From contig JBAXAI010000032.1 of NCBI GenBank assembly GCA_037142615.1, forward strand, positions 1-43,150: DNA of 43,150 nt. The letters run 5' to 3'. The translations under genes and the position numbers were made by a program. A model generated the notes under the pieces. The model had not been told where the DNA came from. It saw only the letters and a list, made by a program, of their open reading frames with translations, and made no database searches. This DNA is from Spirochaetales bacterium. GTDB lineage: Bacteria > Spirochaetota > Spirochaetia > JABEVK01. Each line of letters opens with the position of its first letter. The first letter of the stretch is position 1. Positions 1 through 18,200 of this stretch are shown here, in pieces.

Positions 1-2
1 AG

Positions 3-1025
3 CTCCGCCCCCTTCTGTTGCCCGACTCCTCCGCCAGCCCGCTGCGGGTGTCGTGGGGCTGGGGCGAGGCCGTGCCGTCTTCGGTGTACCTCTGGCCCGT
101 GGCGCAGGTTGGGCATTTGCTGGGAGTGGTGGTGGTGGCCACGCAGACGGCTCTCGACGCTGGTCGGCTGGCCTTTGTCGAGGAACTCTTGCCCATGGTC
201 GCGATGAACCTCGAAATCCTGGCCCGGAACGCGAAGACCCGGGAACTGTTGCAAGAGGCACAGCGCCAAAGCCATACCTTGGCCCAAAGCCGGGCGACCA
301 CGACGTCCCTCCTGAACGCTATTCCCGACGTGATTTTCTACAAGACGGCCGAAGGGGTTTACTTGGGGTGCAACGAGGCCTTTGCCAGCCTGATTGGGCG
401 CCCGGTGGGCGAGATCGTGGGCAAAACCGACTACGACCTGTATCCGCGCGAGGTCGCCGACTACTACCGGAGTGATGACGTTGCCGTTCTCGCTCTCCCG
501 AAAGGACGCTCGCTCGAAGAGTGGGTCGACTTTGCCGACGGGCGTCACCTGCTCCTCGACACTGTCAAATCGCCGTTCTGGGATGACAACGGTCAACTGC
601 TTGGTCTGCTCAGCATCGGGCGTGATGTGACCGAACGGCAGCAAGAAAAGGAAAGGCTCGACCAGGAACGCGCCAAGCTTCAAGAGATTCTCGATGCTTC
701 CCCCCTGGGCGTAGGCATCACCGTGAACGGGGTGGCCCGAATGCTCAACCCCATGCTCCGTACCATGATCGACGCCGAGGTGGGGCGCTCGATTTCCAAC
801 ATCTACGTCAACCCCTCTGACCGCGATCGGATTGTGGACGGGCTCAAACAGCAGCGCGTCATCCGCGACGTGGAGTTCGCAATCTACAACCGCGAACGGC
901 AACCGCGTACCATGCTGGTCACGTTCATGCGCATCGACTACGAGAATGATTCGGGTGTCTTGGTTTGGATGCTCGATATCACAGGAACCAAAACCAAAAA
1001 AGGAGCTACACGTGGAAAGAGCTAA
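3..1025 (+). CDS. GAF-PAS-PAS sensor protein without output domain, 5'-partial
   Basis: The frame is open to the window edge. It contains a GAF C-terminal half (LLGVVVVA...LLPMVAMNLEIL), PAS AIPDVIFYK...GRDVTERQ and a second PAS ending WMLDIT, followed by a short tail and a stop. No HisKA or GGDEF domain follows. Confidence 0.85.
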   Translation, partial: LRPLLLPDSSASPLRVSWGWGEAVPSSVYLWPVAQVGHLLGVVVVATQTALDAGRLAFVEELLPMVAMNLEILARNAKTRELLQEAQRQSHTLAQSRATTTSLLNAIPDVIFYKTAEGVYLGCNEAFASLIGRPVGEIVGKTDYDLYPREVADYYRSDDVAVLALPKGRSLEEWVDFADGRHLLLDTVKSPFWDDNGQLLGLLSIGRDVTERQQEKERLDQERAKLQEILDASPLGVGITVNGVARMLNPMLRTMIDAEVGRSISNIYVNPSDRDRIVDGLKQQRVIRDVEFAIYNRERQPRTMLVTFMRIDYENDSGVLVWMLDITGTKTKKGATRGKS

Positions 1026-1416
1026 ATCGTTCCCCTACCTGGACATTTTCTGGGTGGAAGAGTGCCGCTGCGTTCTTTTGCAGTGGAAGGGAGGAGCCCT
1101 GGGCCGCGACCTGCATGCGGGCATGAACGCAGCCTTGGAAGAATTGCGGGCCCGGGGCACCGGCGCCCAATTGATCGGTGACACGACCCACATCGGTCAG
1201 CTCAGCGATGAGGAACAGACGTGGATCAACACCGATTGGCACCCCCGGTTCCTCGCCACGGGGACGCACTACCTGGCCGCCGTCCTGCCTGCCTCGGTGG
1301 TAGCCAAGATGAATCTGAGTTCCACCCTTCAGAAGTACGAAGGCACCAATTTGACCGTCTTCAGCTGCGCGAGCCAGAAAGAGGCCATCGACTGGATGAA
1401 GAGCGTCAACACCTAA
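1012..1416 (+). CDS. small STAS/SEC14 (SpoIIAA-like) domain protein
   Basis: GTG at 1012 is preceded by SD AGGAG (1001-1005); 134 aa. The pattern LLQWKG...LIGDT...[13 protein letters not shown]...YLAAVLP...F.SQKEAIDW resembles this family. Confidence 0.65.
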   Translation: MERAKSFPYLDIFWVEECRCVLLQWKGGALGRDLHAGMNAALEELRARGTGAQLIGDTTHIGQLSDEEQTWINTDWHPRFLATGTHYLAAVLPASVVAKMNLSSTLQKYEGTNLTVFSCASQKEAIDWMKSVNT

Positions 1417-1417
1417 G

Positions 1418-8975
<7,558 letters not shown>

Positions 8976-9659
8976 GAAGATTCTGCCTGTTTCTGTCCAG
9001 CCCTCGCCCGCTGAGCCGGTGCAGGAAGTACCGGCACCGAGTGTGTCCATTGGGGGTCTGCCGGGCATCGAGGGGCTTGACCTCGAGGGAGCCATGGCTC
9101 GGGTCGGGGGCAGCGCCAAGTTGCTCCGAAAGCTGGTGGTGCGGTTCGTTGAGACGCAGGAATTAGTCATGGACCGCATCAAGGCGGCGATGGAGGCCAG
9201 CGACACCAACACCGCGATCCGCGAGGCTCACACGGTCAAGGGACTGGCAGGCAACATCGGGGCCGGCGAGTTGGCCAACGCTGCGGCCCTCGTCGAAGGG
9301 ATGCTCAACCGGGGAGAGACGTCCGGTTTCGTCGAGGCGCTCAACGCGATGGAGGCGCAGTTGGCCTCGCAGCTGGTGAGCATCCGTGCGGCCCTTGGTC
9401 TCGAAGCGCCCGCCGCGACCGTGGTTGCCAACGACCCGCTGGGACACAGTGACCTCGCTCCCGAACTGCAGAAGCTGGCCCGGCTCTTGGCCGACAGCGA
9501 TTCGGAAGCTTCCGACGTGGCCGAGGAACTCGAGGAACGCCTCAAGGCCCTCAACCTGGGATCTCTGGTCAAAGAACTCATGAAGGGGATCGCCGAGTTC
9601 GACTTTGACACCGCTCTCGACCGGTTGAAGGACATCGCGGCCAAACTGGGGACCACGCT

Positions 9660-11714
9660 TTGACCACCCGGCGCTGGTTGCTGGCGCTCGCCACGCTGTT
9701 TGTCGTGCTCGCCCTGGTTGTCTTTGGCTGGCTCGGTGCTGCGGTGGTTGAGCAAAGAAACTCCCAGCTCAACGAGGCCCTCAACGCCCAGAAGCTGCTG
9801 GTGGCTCCCATCGTCGAAAACGCCCGCATCTTCGCCGGCCTTTACTTCGCCGAGGTCCAGGACTCGCTCAACCAGGCTCCGGAGGCGCGATTCAGCGGTC
9901 AGGAGACCACCAAGGCGTGGGCCGACTGGTACGAGTACCGTTTCGAAACGCCCTCTCTCAGCGGGCAGGTGGTCGGACCGGGGACTTCGGGTTCCGACCC
10001 TGAGTTCGCCCGTTTCCGGAAGGTTGCTCACTGGTTGTTCGATCGCAATCAGAATTATCTGGGCAATTGGTGGTCCAGCCAGGTGGACCGCACGTACTTT
10101 ATCGCCCGCGACGCCCGGCACGCCGTCTCGGTTCCGGCTTGGAACCTGAACGCGGCCGTCTACAACGCCCCCGACGGCACGCTGGCCGGCGCCCTGGCGG
10201 GCAGAGCCAAGGCCATCGTCGAAGACTTTCCGGGAAACCTCCAGAAGGGGACCAAGCAGCAATACTTCACCCGTGCCTGGATTGACCCCAAAGACCTGAG
10301 GGCCCGGTTCACCATCCTGTCGCCCATGTTCGACCTGCAAGGCGTTTGGCTGGGAAATGCTGCGGTCGATTACGGGCTGTCTGAACTCGACGGCATCCTT
10401 GCCTCGAGCCGGTTGACGCAAGCCGAGTGGCTACTCATCGACGAGCAGGACTCTGTGCTGGCAAGGGCTGTTTCGGCCGGGGGCGACTTCCACAGCCTCC
10501 AGTTGGGCCAGGCTCTCGCCAGTTCCAGAGTTGCTTTGCCGTCCGCTCCCGATGGCACGCAGGCCGAGTCCGGCGGTTCTACCCTCCGCGTCAGCCAGGT
10601 TCCCGGCAGCAAGCTCCGCCTGTACGCCCTCGTGCCGACCGGGTGGCTGTACCACGACCTCCCCTTGGTGATCGAGGCTGGTCTAGCCGTGATCGTGCTG
10701 CTCATCCTCGCCTTTACGCTCATCGGCTGGTTGCAGAGGCGCAACGAGCGCACCGGCCTCTTGGTCTCGACGGAAGCCCAGGCACAGGTTGAGCAGGAGC
10801 ACCGCCTTCGTGACCAGGAGGCTGCGGTCAAGGACGTCCTGGCCGTCGTCTCGAACCGACTGCACCAGCTCACCACGCGGCAGGAGTTTGCCCAGACCGT
10901 GCTTCAGGCGGCCAGCGAACATGGCGGCGCCGCGTATGGGGCCTTCTACGCGCTCGAAGGCGACAAGTCGCTGGTAGCGCTGGGAGCCCTCAGCGTCGGT
11001 CTTGACTCCCTGAAGCCCTGTCGGCTGGGAGAGGGCCTCGTGGGCGAGTGCGCAAAGACCCAGAAGGCCCTTGCCATCCGGGGGCAAGAAGCCGAAGAGT
11101 TCCGGGTCCGCTGGGGCCAGGGTCCGCTGGCCCTGGTCGCCGTCGATGTGTTGCCCCTCATCCAGACTGGAACCCTCTTGGGTGTGGTCGTCCTCGGACA
11201 CCTTCAGCAACCCAGTTCCCTGGCTTCGGCGTTCTGTGAAGCGCTGCTTCCCGTGGCGGCCCTGAACCTGGAGATTCTCAACCGCAACGTCGCGACCCTC
11301 GCTCAGGCGAAGGCTCTGGAGCGCCAGCAGAGCATCCTCAAGGAAACCGAGGCCTGGAGCCAGGGCATCATTGAGTCGTCGCCCGACGGCCTGCTCGTCG
11401 TGGATTTCAGGGGGACCATCCTGATGACCAATCGACAGTCGGAGGCGATTTTCGGCTACGAACCGGGCGAGCTCATTGGCCAGGCGATCGAGCTCCTGGT
11501 TCCCTCCGCCGTCCGCCCTCGACACGGAGCCATGAGGGAGGGGTTTGTGAACAGCGAAAAACAGCGCGCTCGCATGGGAAGCGGCCGGGACCTTCATGCC
11601 GTGAGGAAGGATGGCAGCCAACTCCGGGTCGAAGTCGGTCTCAGCAAGTTGCCCGCGCTTGCTGACAGCGGCACTTGCGTCTGTGCTTGGGTCAAGCCGG
11701 TACTTTCGCTATGA
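9660..11714 (+). CDS. membrane sensor (TM-Cache-like-TM-GAF-PAS) lacking an output domain
   Basis: TTG start overlaps the upstream stop. It has an N-terminal TM, a Cache-like motif (WID...TILSPMFD..G.WLG...VD), a second TM, GAF (LGEGLVGECA) and PAS (SSPDGLL...RKDGS), then a stop. Confidence 0.85.
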   Translation: MTTRRWLLALATLFVVLALVVFGWLGAAVVEQRNSQLNEALNAQKLLVAPIVENARIFAGLYFAEVQDSLNQAPEARFSGQETTKAWADWYEYRFETPSLSGQVVGPGTSGSDPEFARFRKVAHWLFDRNQNYLGNWWSSQVDRTYFIARDARHAVSVPAWNLNAAVYNAPDGTLAGALAGRAKAIVEDFPGNLQKGTKQQYFTRAWIDPKDLRARFTILSPMFDLQGVWLGNAAVDYGLSELDGILASSRLTQAEWLLIDEQDSVLARAVSAGGDFHSLQLGQALASSRVALPSAPDGTQAESGGSTLRVSQVPGSKLRLYALVPTGWLYHDLPLVIEAGLAVIVLLILAFTLIGWLQRRNERTGLLVSTEAQAQVEQEHRLRDQEAAVKDVLAVVSNRLHQLTTRQEFAQTVLQAASEHGGAAYGAFYALEGDKSLVALGALSVGLDSLKPCRLGEGLVGECAKTQKALAIRGQEAEEFRVRWGQGPLALVAVDVLPLIQTGTLLGVVVLGHLQQPSSLASAFCEALLPVAALNLEILNRNVATLAQAKALERQQSILKETEAWSQGIIESSPDGLLVVDFRGTILMTNRQSEAIFGYEPGELIGQAIELLVPSAVRPRHGAMREGFVNSEKQRARMGSGRDLHAVRKDGSQLRVEVGLSKLPALADSGTCVCAWVKPVLSL

Positions 11715-11763
11715 ACTATGCTTCACCGGCTGACAACAAGCTGCGCGCCCGGGAGTCTGGCGC

Positions 11764-12834
11764 ATGAGCGACCTGCCCCGCCCCACGATTCTGGCCATCG
11801 ACGATACTCCCGACAACTTGACCTTGCTGAACGAGTTGCTGCGCGGAGCCTATCGCGTTCTGGTGGCAAAGTCGGGGTCGGCAGCGCTCGAATTGCTGGC
11901 CCGAACCGTCCCGCCTCCCGGCCTCATCCTGCTCGACATCATGATGCCCGACATGGACGGATTCCAGACGCTCGAGCAGTTGCGCCGTCTCCCCGGTTGC
12001 GAGGCCGTGCCGGTTCTGTTCGTCAGCGCTCTTGACGACGTGCAGTCCAAGGTCCGGGGCTTCAACGCCGGTGCGGCCGACTTTATCACCAAGCCCTTCG
12101 AGCCGGAGGAGGTGCTGGCGCGGGTCCGGACCCAGTTTGCCCTGGTGAACGCCGACAGGATGAAGGCCGACGTCGAGCGGATCATGCGTCACGACCTCAA
12201 GAGTCCCCTTCACGGCATCCTGGCGACGGCCGGTTTCGAGCTCGAGAACGACCACGATCCCATGGTCCGGGAGTCGTTCCAGGTGATCCACGATTCGGGA
12301 GTCCTGCTGCTCGACATGATCAACCTGTCGTTGGATCTGTTCAAAATCGAGAACGGCACCTTCGTGCTGCAACCCGAGGACGTGGACCTGACGGCCCTTC
12401 TGACCATGCTGCGCCGCCAGCTGGACTCGCTGTTGTCGGCGGGCGAGCTCACCTGGGAGTGGACGGGAGAGCAGCCCGACGGCCTCCGTCGCAAAATCAC
12501 CGGCTCCCAGCTGCTTTGCAGTTCACTGCTCGGCAACCTGCTGCGCAACGCTCTGGAGGCGTGTCCGCGGGGAACTTCGGTTCAGGTGCGTCTGGCCCGC
12601 GAAAAGGAAAGCGGGCCCTGGACCCTGTCAATCCGGAACCCGGGCGAGATTCCCACCGCCTTGCGGGGACGCCTTTTTCAGAAGTATGCTACGGCAGGAA
12701 AGATCAGCGGCACCGGTCTGGGTCTGTATTCCGCCCGCCTGATTGCCGACGCCCTGAACTTCCATCTGCAGGCCGACACGAGTGAGGCCGGATTTACCAC
12801 TTTTCAGCTGCGCTTTGTTTCCGCCAAGGAGTGA
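11764..12834 (+). CDS. REC-HisKA-HATPase hybrid response regulator/kinase
   Basis: Receiver ILAIDD...LLDIMMP...FITKPF; H-box RHDLKSPL; N-box NLLRNALE; G2 GTGLGL. Confidence 0.9.
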   Translation: MSDLPRPTILAIDDTPDNLTLLNELLRGAYRVLVAKSGSAALELLARTVPPPGLILLDIMMPDMDGFQTLEQLRRLPGCEAVPVLFVSALDDVQSKVRGFNAGAADFITKPFEPEEVLARVRTQFALVNADRMKADVERIMRHDLKSPLHGILATAGFELENDHDPMVRESFQVIHDSGVLLLDMINLSLDLFKIENGTFVLQPEDVDLTALLTMLRRQLDSLLSAGELTWEWTGEQPDGLRRKITGSQLLCSSLLGNLLRNALEACPRGTSVQVRLAREKESGPWTLSIRNPGEIPTALRGRLFQKYATAGKISGTGLGLYSARLIADALNFHLQADTSEAGFTTFQLRFVSAKE

Positions 12835-12837
12835 ACC

Positions 12838-13266
12838 ATGACCGAGGAAAAGCCTGTCAACCGAAAGCCACTGGGCCTTCTGCCCAATGGAACGTCCATA
12901 CGTGTCATCGTGGTCGACGACGAGTTCAGCCACCGCCGCATCATGGTGCAGGTGCTCAAGTCGGCGAGTTTTGACGTGGTCGCCGAAGGCGTGAACGGCG
13001 AGGATGCCCTCAAAATGGTCCCCCAGTTCAAGCCGAAGTTCCTCTTCATGGACTACCACATGCCGCGCGTGGACGGTCTCGAAGCTCTCAAAAAGCTCCA
13101 CGTCAGCAACCCCGACACCAAGGTGGTCATCTGCACCACCGACAACGACAAGGACCATGTGCTCGAACTGCTCAAGTCGGGAGCCTGCGAGTACATCGTC
13201 AAGCCCATCGACCGCAAGGTGGTCATGCAGAAACTCGAGAAGCTCGTGGGACTGCCTCCCTCCTGA
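12838..13266 (+). CDS. single-domain CheY-like response regulator
   Basis: VIVVDD...FMDYHMP...CTT...YIVKP. The N-terminal extension (VNRKPLGLLPNGT) recalls spirochete CheY. Confidence 0.9.
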   Translation: MTEEKPVNRKPLGLLPNGTSIRVIVVDDEFSHRRIMVQVLKSASFDVVAEGVNGEDALKMVPQFKPKFLFMDYHMPRVDGLEALKKLHVSNPDTKVVICTTDNDKDHVLELLKSGACEYIVKPIDRKVVMQKLEKLVGLPPS

Positions 13267-13275
13267 CCTGCCGCA

Positions 13276-13298
13276 GGCGTGGCTCGTCTTGCCACGCC
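13276..13298. terminator. 8-bp inverted repeat after the signalling operon (possible terminator or operator)
   Basis: GGCGTGGC-tcgtctt-GCCACGCC, with only a weak, displaced T tract downstream. Confidence 0.45.
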
Positions 13299-13318
13299 CC
13301 TCGGTTCTTTGCGATACT
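13289..13318 (+). promoter_or_regulatory. sigma70-type promoter for kup (leaderless)
   Basis: TTGCCA-18 nt-GATACT with an extended TG, ending 6 nt before ATG 13325; no SD. Confidence 0.55.
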
Positions 13319-13324
13319 TGTCCA

Positions 13325-15217
13325 ATGTCCTCCCCTACTGCCGACCCGCACCCGAGGGCCGGCCTCAAGTTGACGGTGGGTGCCATCGGAGTCGTCTTTG
13401 GCGACATCGGCACCTCTCCGCTCTACGCTCTGCGCGAATGCCTGAACCCCGAGCGAGGGGTGGCGCTGACCGCTCCCAACATCGTCGGCATCGTTTCCCT
13501 GCTCCTTTGGACCCTCACGCTGGTCGTCTGCGTGAAGTACCTGAGCTTCGTGTTGCGCGCTGACAACCGCGGCGAAGGCGGCATTCTCGCGCTCATCAGC
13601 CTGGTCGGCGGCTACCTCAAAGAGAAAACCGGTCGCGCCACTGTGTTCATCGCCCTGCTGGGCATCGTCGGCGCTTCTCTGCTGTACAGCGATGGCATCC
13701 TGACGCCTGCGGTAACGGTTCTGTCGGCTATCGAGGGGCTCAAGTTCATTAGCCCGGCCTTCGGACCTTTTGTGATCCCCATCGCGCTGGTTATCCTTGT
13801 CGGCCTGTTCGCCGTGCAGTCCAAGGGCACAGCACGGGTGGCAAGCCTCTTCGGTCCCGTGCTGATCGTCTGGTTTGCCGTGATGGGCGTGCTGGGTCTG
13901 GTGTCGGTTGTCAACGCGCCGGCCATCCTGGCTGCCCTGAATCCGTGGGAGGCCCTGCGTTTCATCGCCACAAACCCCGTGCTCGCCTTTGTCGTGCTCG
14001 GTTCGGTGTTCCTGGCGATGACGGGTGCCGAGGTGCTGTATGCCGACATGGGCCACTTCGGCAAGCGGGCCATACGCTCCGGTTGGTTCTTTTTGGTCTA
14101 CCCGGCGCTCATGCTCAATTATCTGGGCCAAGGAGCCCTGCTCCTCGTGGACCCCACCCGTGTCAAAGACCTGTTCTTCCAGTTGGCTCCGGTGTGGTTC
14201 CAGTACCCGCTGGTGATCTTGGCCACCATGGCCTCCATTATCGCCAGCCAGGCCATTATTTCGGGGGCCTTTTCGCTGGCACGCCAGAGCGTTCAGCTGG
14301 GCTACTGGCCACGCATGCAGGTGCGCCATACCAGCGACGAGACCATCGGCCAAGTGTATGTGCCCTTTATCAACTGGTTCCTGATGATCGGCACGGTGAC
14401 GCTGGTGCTGACCTTCCGCGAGTCGGGCAACCTGACCAATGCCTACGGGATCGCGGTGTCGGCCGACATGCTCATCACTTGCTGCCTGATGATCTACCTC
14501 GCGCGCAAGAAGTGGAACGTGAATTGGTTCATCCTGATTCCGCTCGCCGCGCTGTTCCTGATCATCGACGTGTCGTTCTTCACGGCCAACGCCACCAAGA
14601 TCCTTTCGGGCGGTTGGCTGGTCGTGGCCATCGCGCTGGTCATTTTTGTGGCCATGAGCACTTGGCGGCGCGGGCGAAACGCACTTTGGAAAATTGTCTC
14701 GGCCAGCATCATGTCGCTTGAGGACTTCATGAAGAGCATCTCGCGCAACGCTCCGTATCGCGTCAACCGGACCGCCGTCTTCCTGTCGGGCAATCCCAAC
14801 GGTATCCCGACGGCCTTGCTCCACAACCTGAAGCACAACCGCGTTTTGCACGAGCTGACTCTCGTTGTTTCGGTACAAACGCTGGAGCAGCCTAGAGTTA
14901 CGGAAGACCAACGGGCGCAGGTCACCGACTACGGTCTGGGCATGTGGCAAGTCATCCTTCGCTTCGGCTTCAGCGAGCTGCCCGATATTCCCAAGGCTTT
15001 GAAGGCCCTGCAGGCTCCCGGGTTGTACTTTGACCCCCATCAGACCACGTATTTTCTAGGGCGGGAGTCACTGGTGCTCAATCCGGCGCGCAAGAACCTT
15101 GCCCACTGGCGCAAAAAGCTGTTCTGGTTCATGTCGCACAACGCGCTGCCGGCCACCAACTTCTATCGCCTGCCGGTCAATCAGGTCGTCGAGATCAGCG
15201 CCCAGACCGAGCTTTAG
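13325..15217 (+). CDS. kup: KUP/HAK/KT potassium transporter
   Basis: GVVFGDIGTSPLY, ADNRGEGG, DGILTPA, GAEVLYADMGHFG, GQVYVP and AYGIAV motifs; start placed at ATG 13325. Confidence 0.97.
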   Translation: MSSPTADPHPRAGLKLTVGAIGVVFGDIGTSPLYALRECLNPERGVALTAPNIVGIVSLLLWTLTLVVCVKYLSFVLRADNRGEGGILALISLVGGYLKEKTGRATVFIALLGIVGASLLYSDGILTPAVTVLSAIEGLKFISPAFGPFVIPIALVILVGLFAVQSKGTARVASLFGPVLIVWFAVMGVLGLVSVVNAPAILAALNPWEALRFIATNPVLAFVVLGSVFLAMTGAEVLYADMGHFGKRAIRSGWFFLVYPALMLNYLGQGALLLVDPTRVKDLFFQLAPVWFQYPLVILATMASIIASQAIISGAFSLARQSVQLGYWPRMQVRHTSDETIGQVYVPFINWFLMIGTVTLVLTFRESGNLTNAYGIAVSADMLITCCLMIYLARKKWNVNWFILIPLAALFLIIDVSFFTANATKILSGGWLVVAIALVIFVAMSTWRRGRNALWKIVSASIMSLEDFMKSISRNAPYRVNRTAVFLSGNPNGIPTALLHNLKHNRVLHELTLVVSVQTLEQPRVTEDQRAQVTDYGLGMWQVILRFGFSELPDIPKALKALQAPGLYFDPHQTTYFLGRESLVLNPARKNLAHWRKKLFWFMSHNALPATNFYRLPVNQVVEISAQTEL

Positions 15218-15260
15218 TCCAACTTGGATTTTTTGGACTGTCCTGGGTATACTGGGGTCC

Positions 15261-18200
15261 ATGAAACGACTTGTGCTTCTCCTGCTGATTCTCTGCGCTA
15301 CCCCCTGGCTCACCGGCCAGATGGTGGTCTCTTCCCTCTCATCCCCAGTTTTCGCCTCGGGTGAGGGCGGTACCAGTAGTCAGGAGGCACCGTTTTCTGA
15401 CCGGTTCAACCCGGCTTCGTCGGCCTACAAGCAGCGAACCACGTTTGACTTTTCGTACCTTGGCCTTCCGGGCCCCAATGGGTATGGCAACGCGGTCAAC
15501 CTGGGACTCACCCTGCCCCAAACCTGGGCCGTTTTGTCGGCCACTGCCAGCTATTGGGGCCTCGATGTCAAAGACTTCGATCTGGGACATCAGGGCCAAC
15601 TCACCTTCAGCGCGTCCAAGGACCTCTTCGAGGACCTGTACATCGGCGCACAACTGGGAACCCAATTTGGAACCGGCGGCTGGGGAGCGGGGCTCAGTCT
15701 GGGGTTCCAGCACTTCCCAGGGACGCTAAACCCTTGGATGCAAGACTTGCGGTGGGGAGCGGCCCTTCGCGACATGGGCACGGCCTACACCACGAAATCC
15801 GGGAACGCCATACCTCCGGTGTTCACCCCGGCCATCGGCGCCGACTTCTTCGTACTCAAGACCAACGGGCTGGCCATCGAACTTCGTCCCGACCTGTCGG
15901 CGCCCTCGTTCCAAGACCTTCGGTTCAGTTTGGGCTCCACCATCGCTTTCGGCGACGTGCTGGCCTTGAATCTTGCCTACAACTTTGACCTGCGCGACAC
16001 CTTCTTCACGAAGACGGCGCCAGCGGTTCCTCTTTCGGCCGGGGTGTCCTTCACCTTCAAGACCGACCTGCAAGACAACGTCGATCTGCTCGACTTCTCC
16101 AAGCGGGGCTGGAACAAGAGCGAAGTGCACGTCACCACTTCGGCGATGCCGCTTTCGGGCGGGGTGTGGGCCTTCGGTGGCGGAGTCAACATTCCGCTCG
16201 GCCAAAAGGATACCCTGGCTCCGGTGGTGGCCATCGATACCAGCCTGCACTTCATCTCGCCCAACAACGACGGCGTGCAAGACACCCTGGATCTCCCGGT
16301 CACCATCAGCGACGAACGCTTCATCACGAGCTACCGCATCGCGGTCTACGATGTCAAAAAGGCGCTGGTCCGCTCCATCCAGAGCGCGCTCCCGCTTCCT
16401 CAGGCCGAAGGTTTCGACCAGATCCTCAACCGCCTGGCCTACGTCAAACACGGGGTCACGATTCCGCCCACGCTCAGTTGGAACGGCTACTCCGACGCCG
16501 GCACCGTGGTTCCCGATGGCACCTACACGTTGGTGTTGACCGCCCGCGACGACAACGGCAATCAGAAAGACTGGCCGTCGGGTTCCGTCGTCGTCAAGAA
16601 CACCCCGCCGTTGGCCAACCTGAGCGCACCGGTCAGCGAGTTCAACCCGGTGGGACCGCGAAACCGTCTGGCGCTGGTACAGCGGGGAACCGCCGAGGAC
16701 CAGTGGACCGGCATCGTGCGCGATTCCCGCGATCAGATCGTTCGCCAGGTGACCTGGGCGCAGTCGGCTCCGGCCAACTTTGAATGGGACGGCAAGAACG
16801 ATGCGGGAAAGCTCGTTCCCGATGGCGTGTACACCTACGAACTTTCGGCCACCGACCCGGCCGGCAACAAGGCCACCTCCAAGATCAGCAACATCCTTGT
16901 CAATTCCCAGCCAACGCCGCTGGACCTCAACCTCAACCGCATGGCGCTGTCGCCGGATGGAAACGGGGCCAAGACCCTGGTGTTTCAACCCAAACCGGGC
17001 CTGAGCGCCGGTATGACAAGCTGGAAGGTCGAGATTCTCGATACCAAGGGCAATACTTACAAGACCCTCCGTGGCACCGGGGTGATACCGCCGGAAATCG
17101 CCTACGACGGCCACAACGAGGCTAACCAGTCGTTGCCAGAGGGGGACTACCGCGCCAAACTGACGCTGGAGTACTCCAACGGCAACGCGCCCGAGGTACT
17201 CTCGCCGCCCTTTACCGTCAAGAACAGCCCACCGCAGGCCAAAGTCAGCAGTCCGTTCACGGTGTTCAGCCCCGGATCAGTCGATGGCCACGGCGTGCTC
17301 ACCTTTCAGCAAACCACCTCGGCCGAAGAACTCTGGACGGGCAAGCTTACCAACGCCTCTGGCGACGTTTTGCGGATGGTCCGGTGGACAGGAAAGGCCG
17401 ACGCCACTTTTGTTTGGGACGGCCTGGGGAGCGATGGAAAAATCCTTCCCGATGGTAACTACGTCTACAGCATCGAAGCCGTCGACAAGGCTGGAAACCG
17501 GGGTTCGAGCACTCCGCTTCCCGTCACGGTCGACACAAAGAAGCGGGAAGTCCTGATCACGGCCGACCGGAGCGCTCTCTCGCCCGGCTCGTTGACGGCG
17601 AACGGTCGCGTGAAGTTCCTTCCTCTGGTGAAGGAGACCACGGGCCTGCAGAACTTCTCCCTCGTCCTGCGCAACGCCTTCAACCAAGTGGTTCTCACCT
17701 GGCCTGACCAGACCAGCGTACCCGCGTCTGTGGACTGGGATGGCAAACTCGACAACGGCGCCTGGGCTCCCGACGGCGTCTACGTTGCTGAGATCAAGAC
17801 CACCTACAGCAATGGCAACACGCCGGGTGCCCGTTCCAACCCTGTGCTGGTCAAGAATGGCCAACCGACCCTGACCCTCAGTTCCGATACCACCGTGTTC
17901 TCGCCGACCCCCGGCAGCAGCAGGCCGGTTCTCAACATTATCCAGGACTCCAGCTCCGAAAAGGAATGGACCGCGGCCCTGACCCGGGGTACGGACACGA
18001 TCAAGACCTGGAGCTGGCAAAAGGGCCGGGTTACGAATATCGCTTGGGACGGCACCGACGCAAACGGCAACCACGTCGCCGACGGCACCTACCGTTACGA
18101 AGTGAAGACGACCGATGAGGCCGGCAATTCGCTGGTCAAGTCGCTGGAAAGTCTGACCGTGGATTCGCGGCCCACCCCGCTGTTCCTGACCACCAGTGCC

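Noticed and set aside
11690-11764. Frameshift fusing the 9660 sensor to the downstream REC-kinase
   Set aside because: The downstream frame has a TGA at 11731, before its ATG, and no DITE-type linker appears in the other frames.
13004-13324. N-terminal extensions in the ORF track (kup from 13004; likewise 832, 4783, 15099, 34942, 37013, 38134 and minus-strand 36681)
   Set aside because: Most overlap neighbouring real genes. Downstream starts are supported by SD or promoter signals or by where family similarity begins.
13267-13324. Possible c-di-AMP riboswitch upstream of kup
   Set aside because: The intergenic region is only 58 bp, and the promoter spacing implies no leader.
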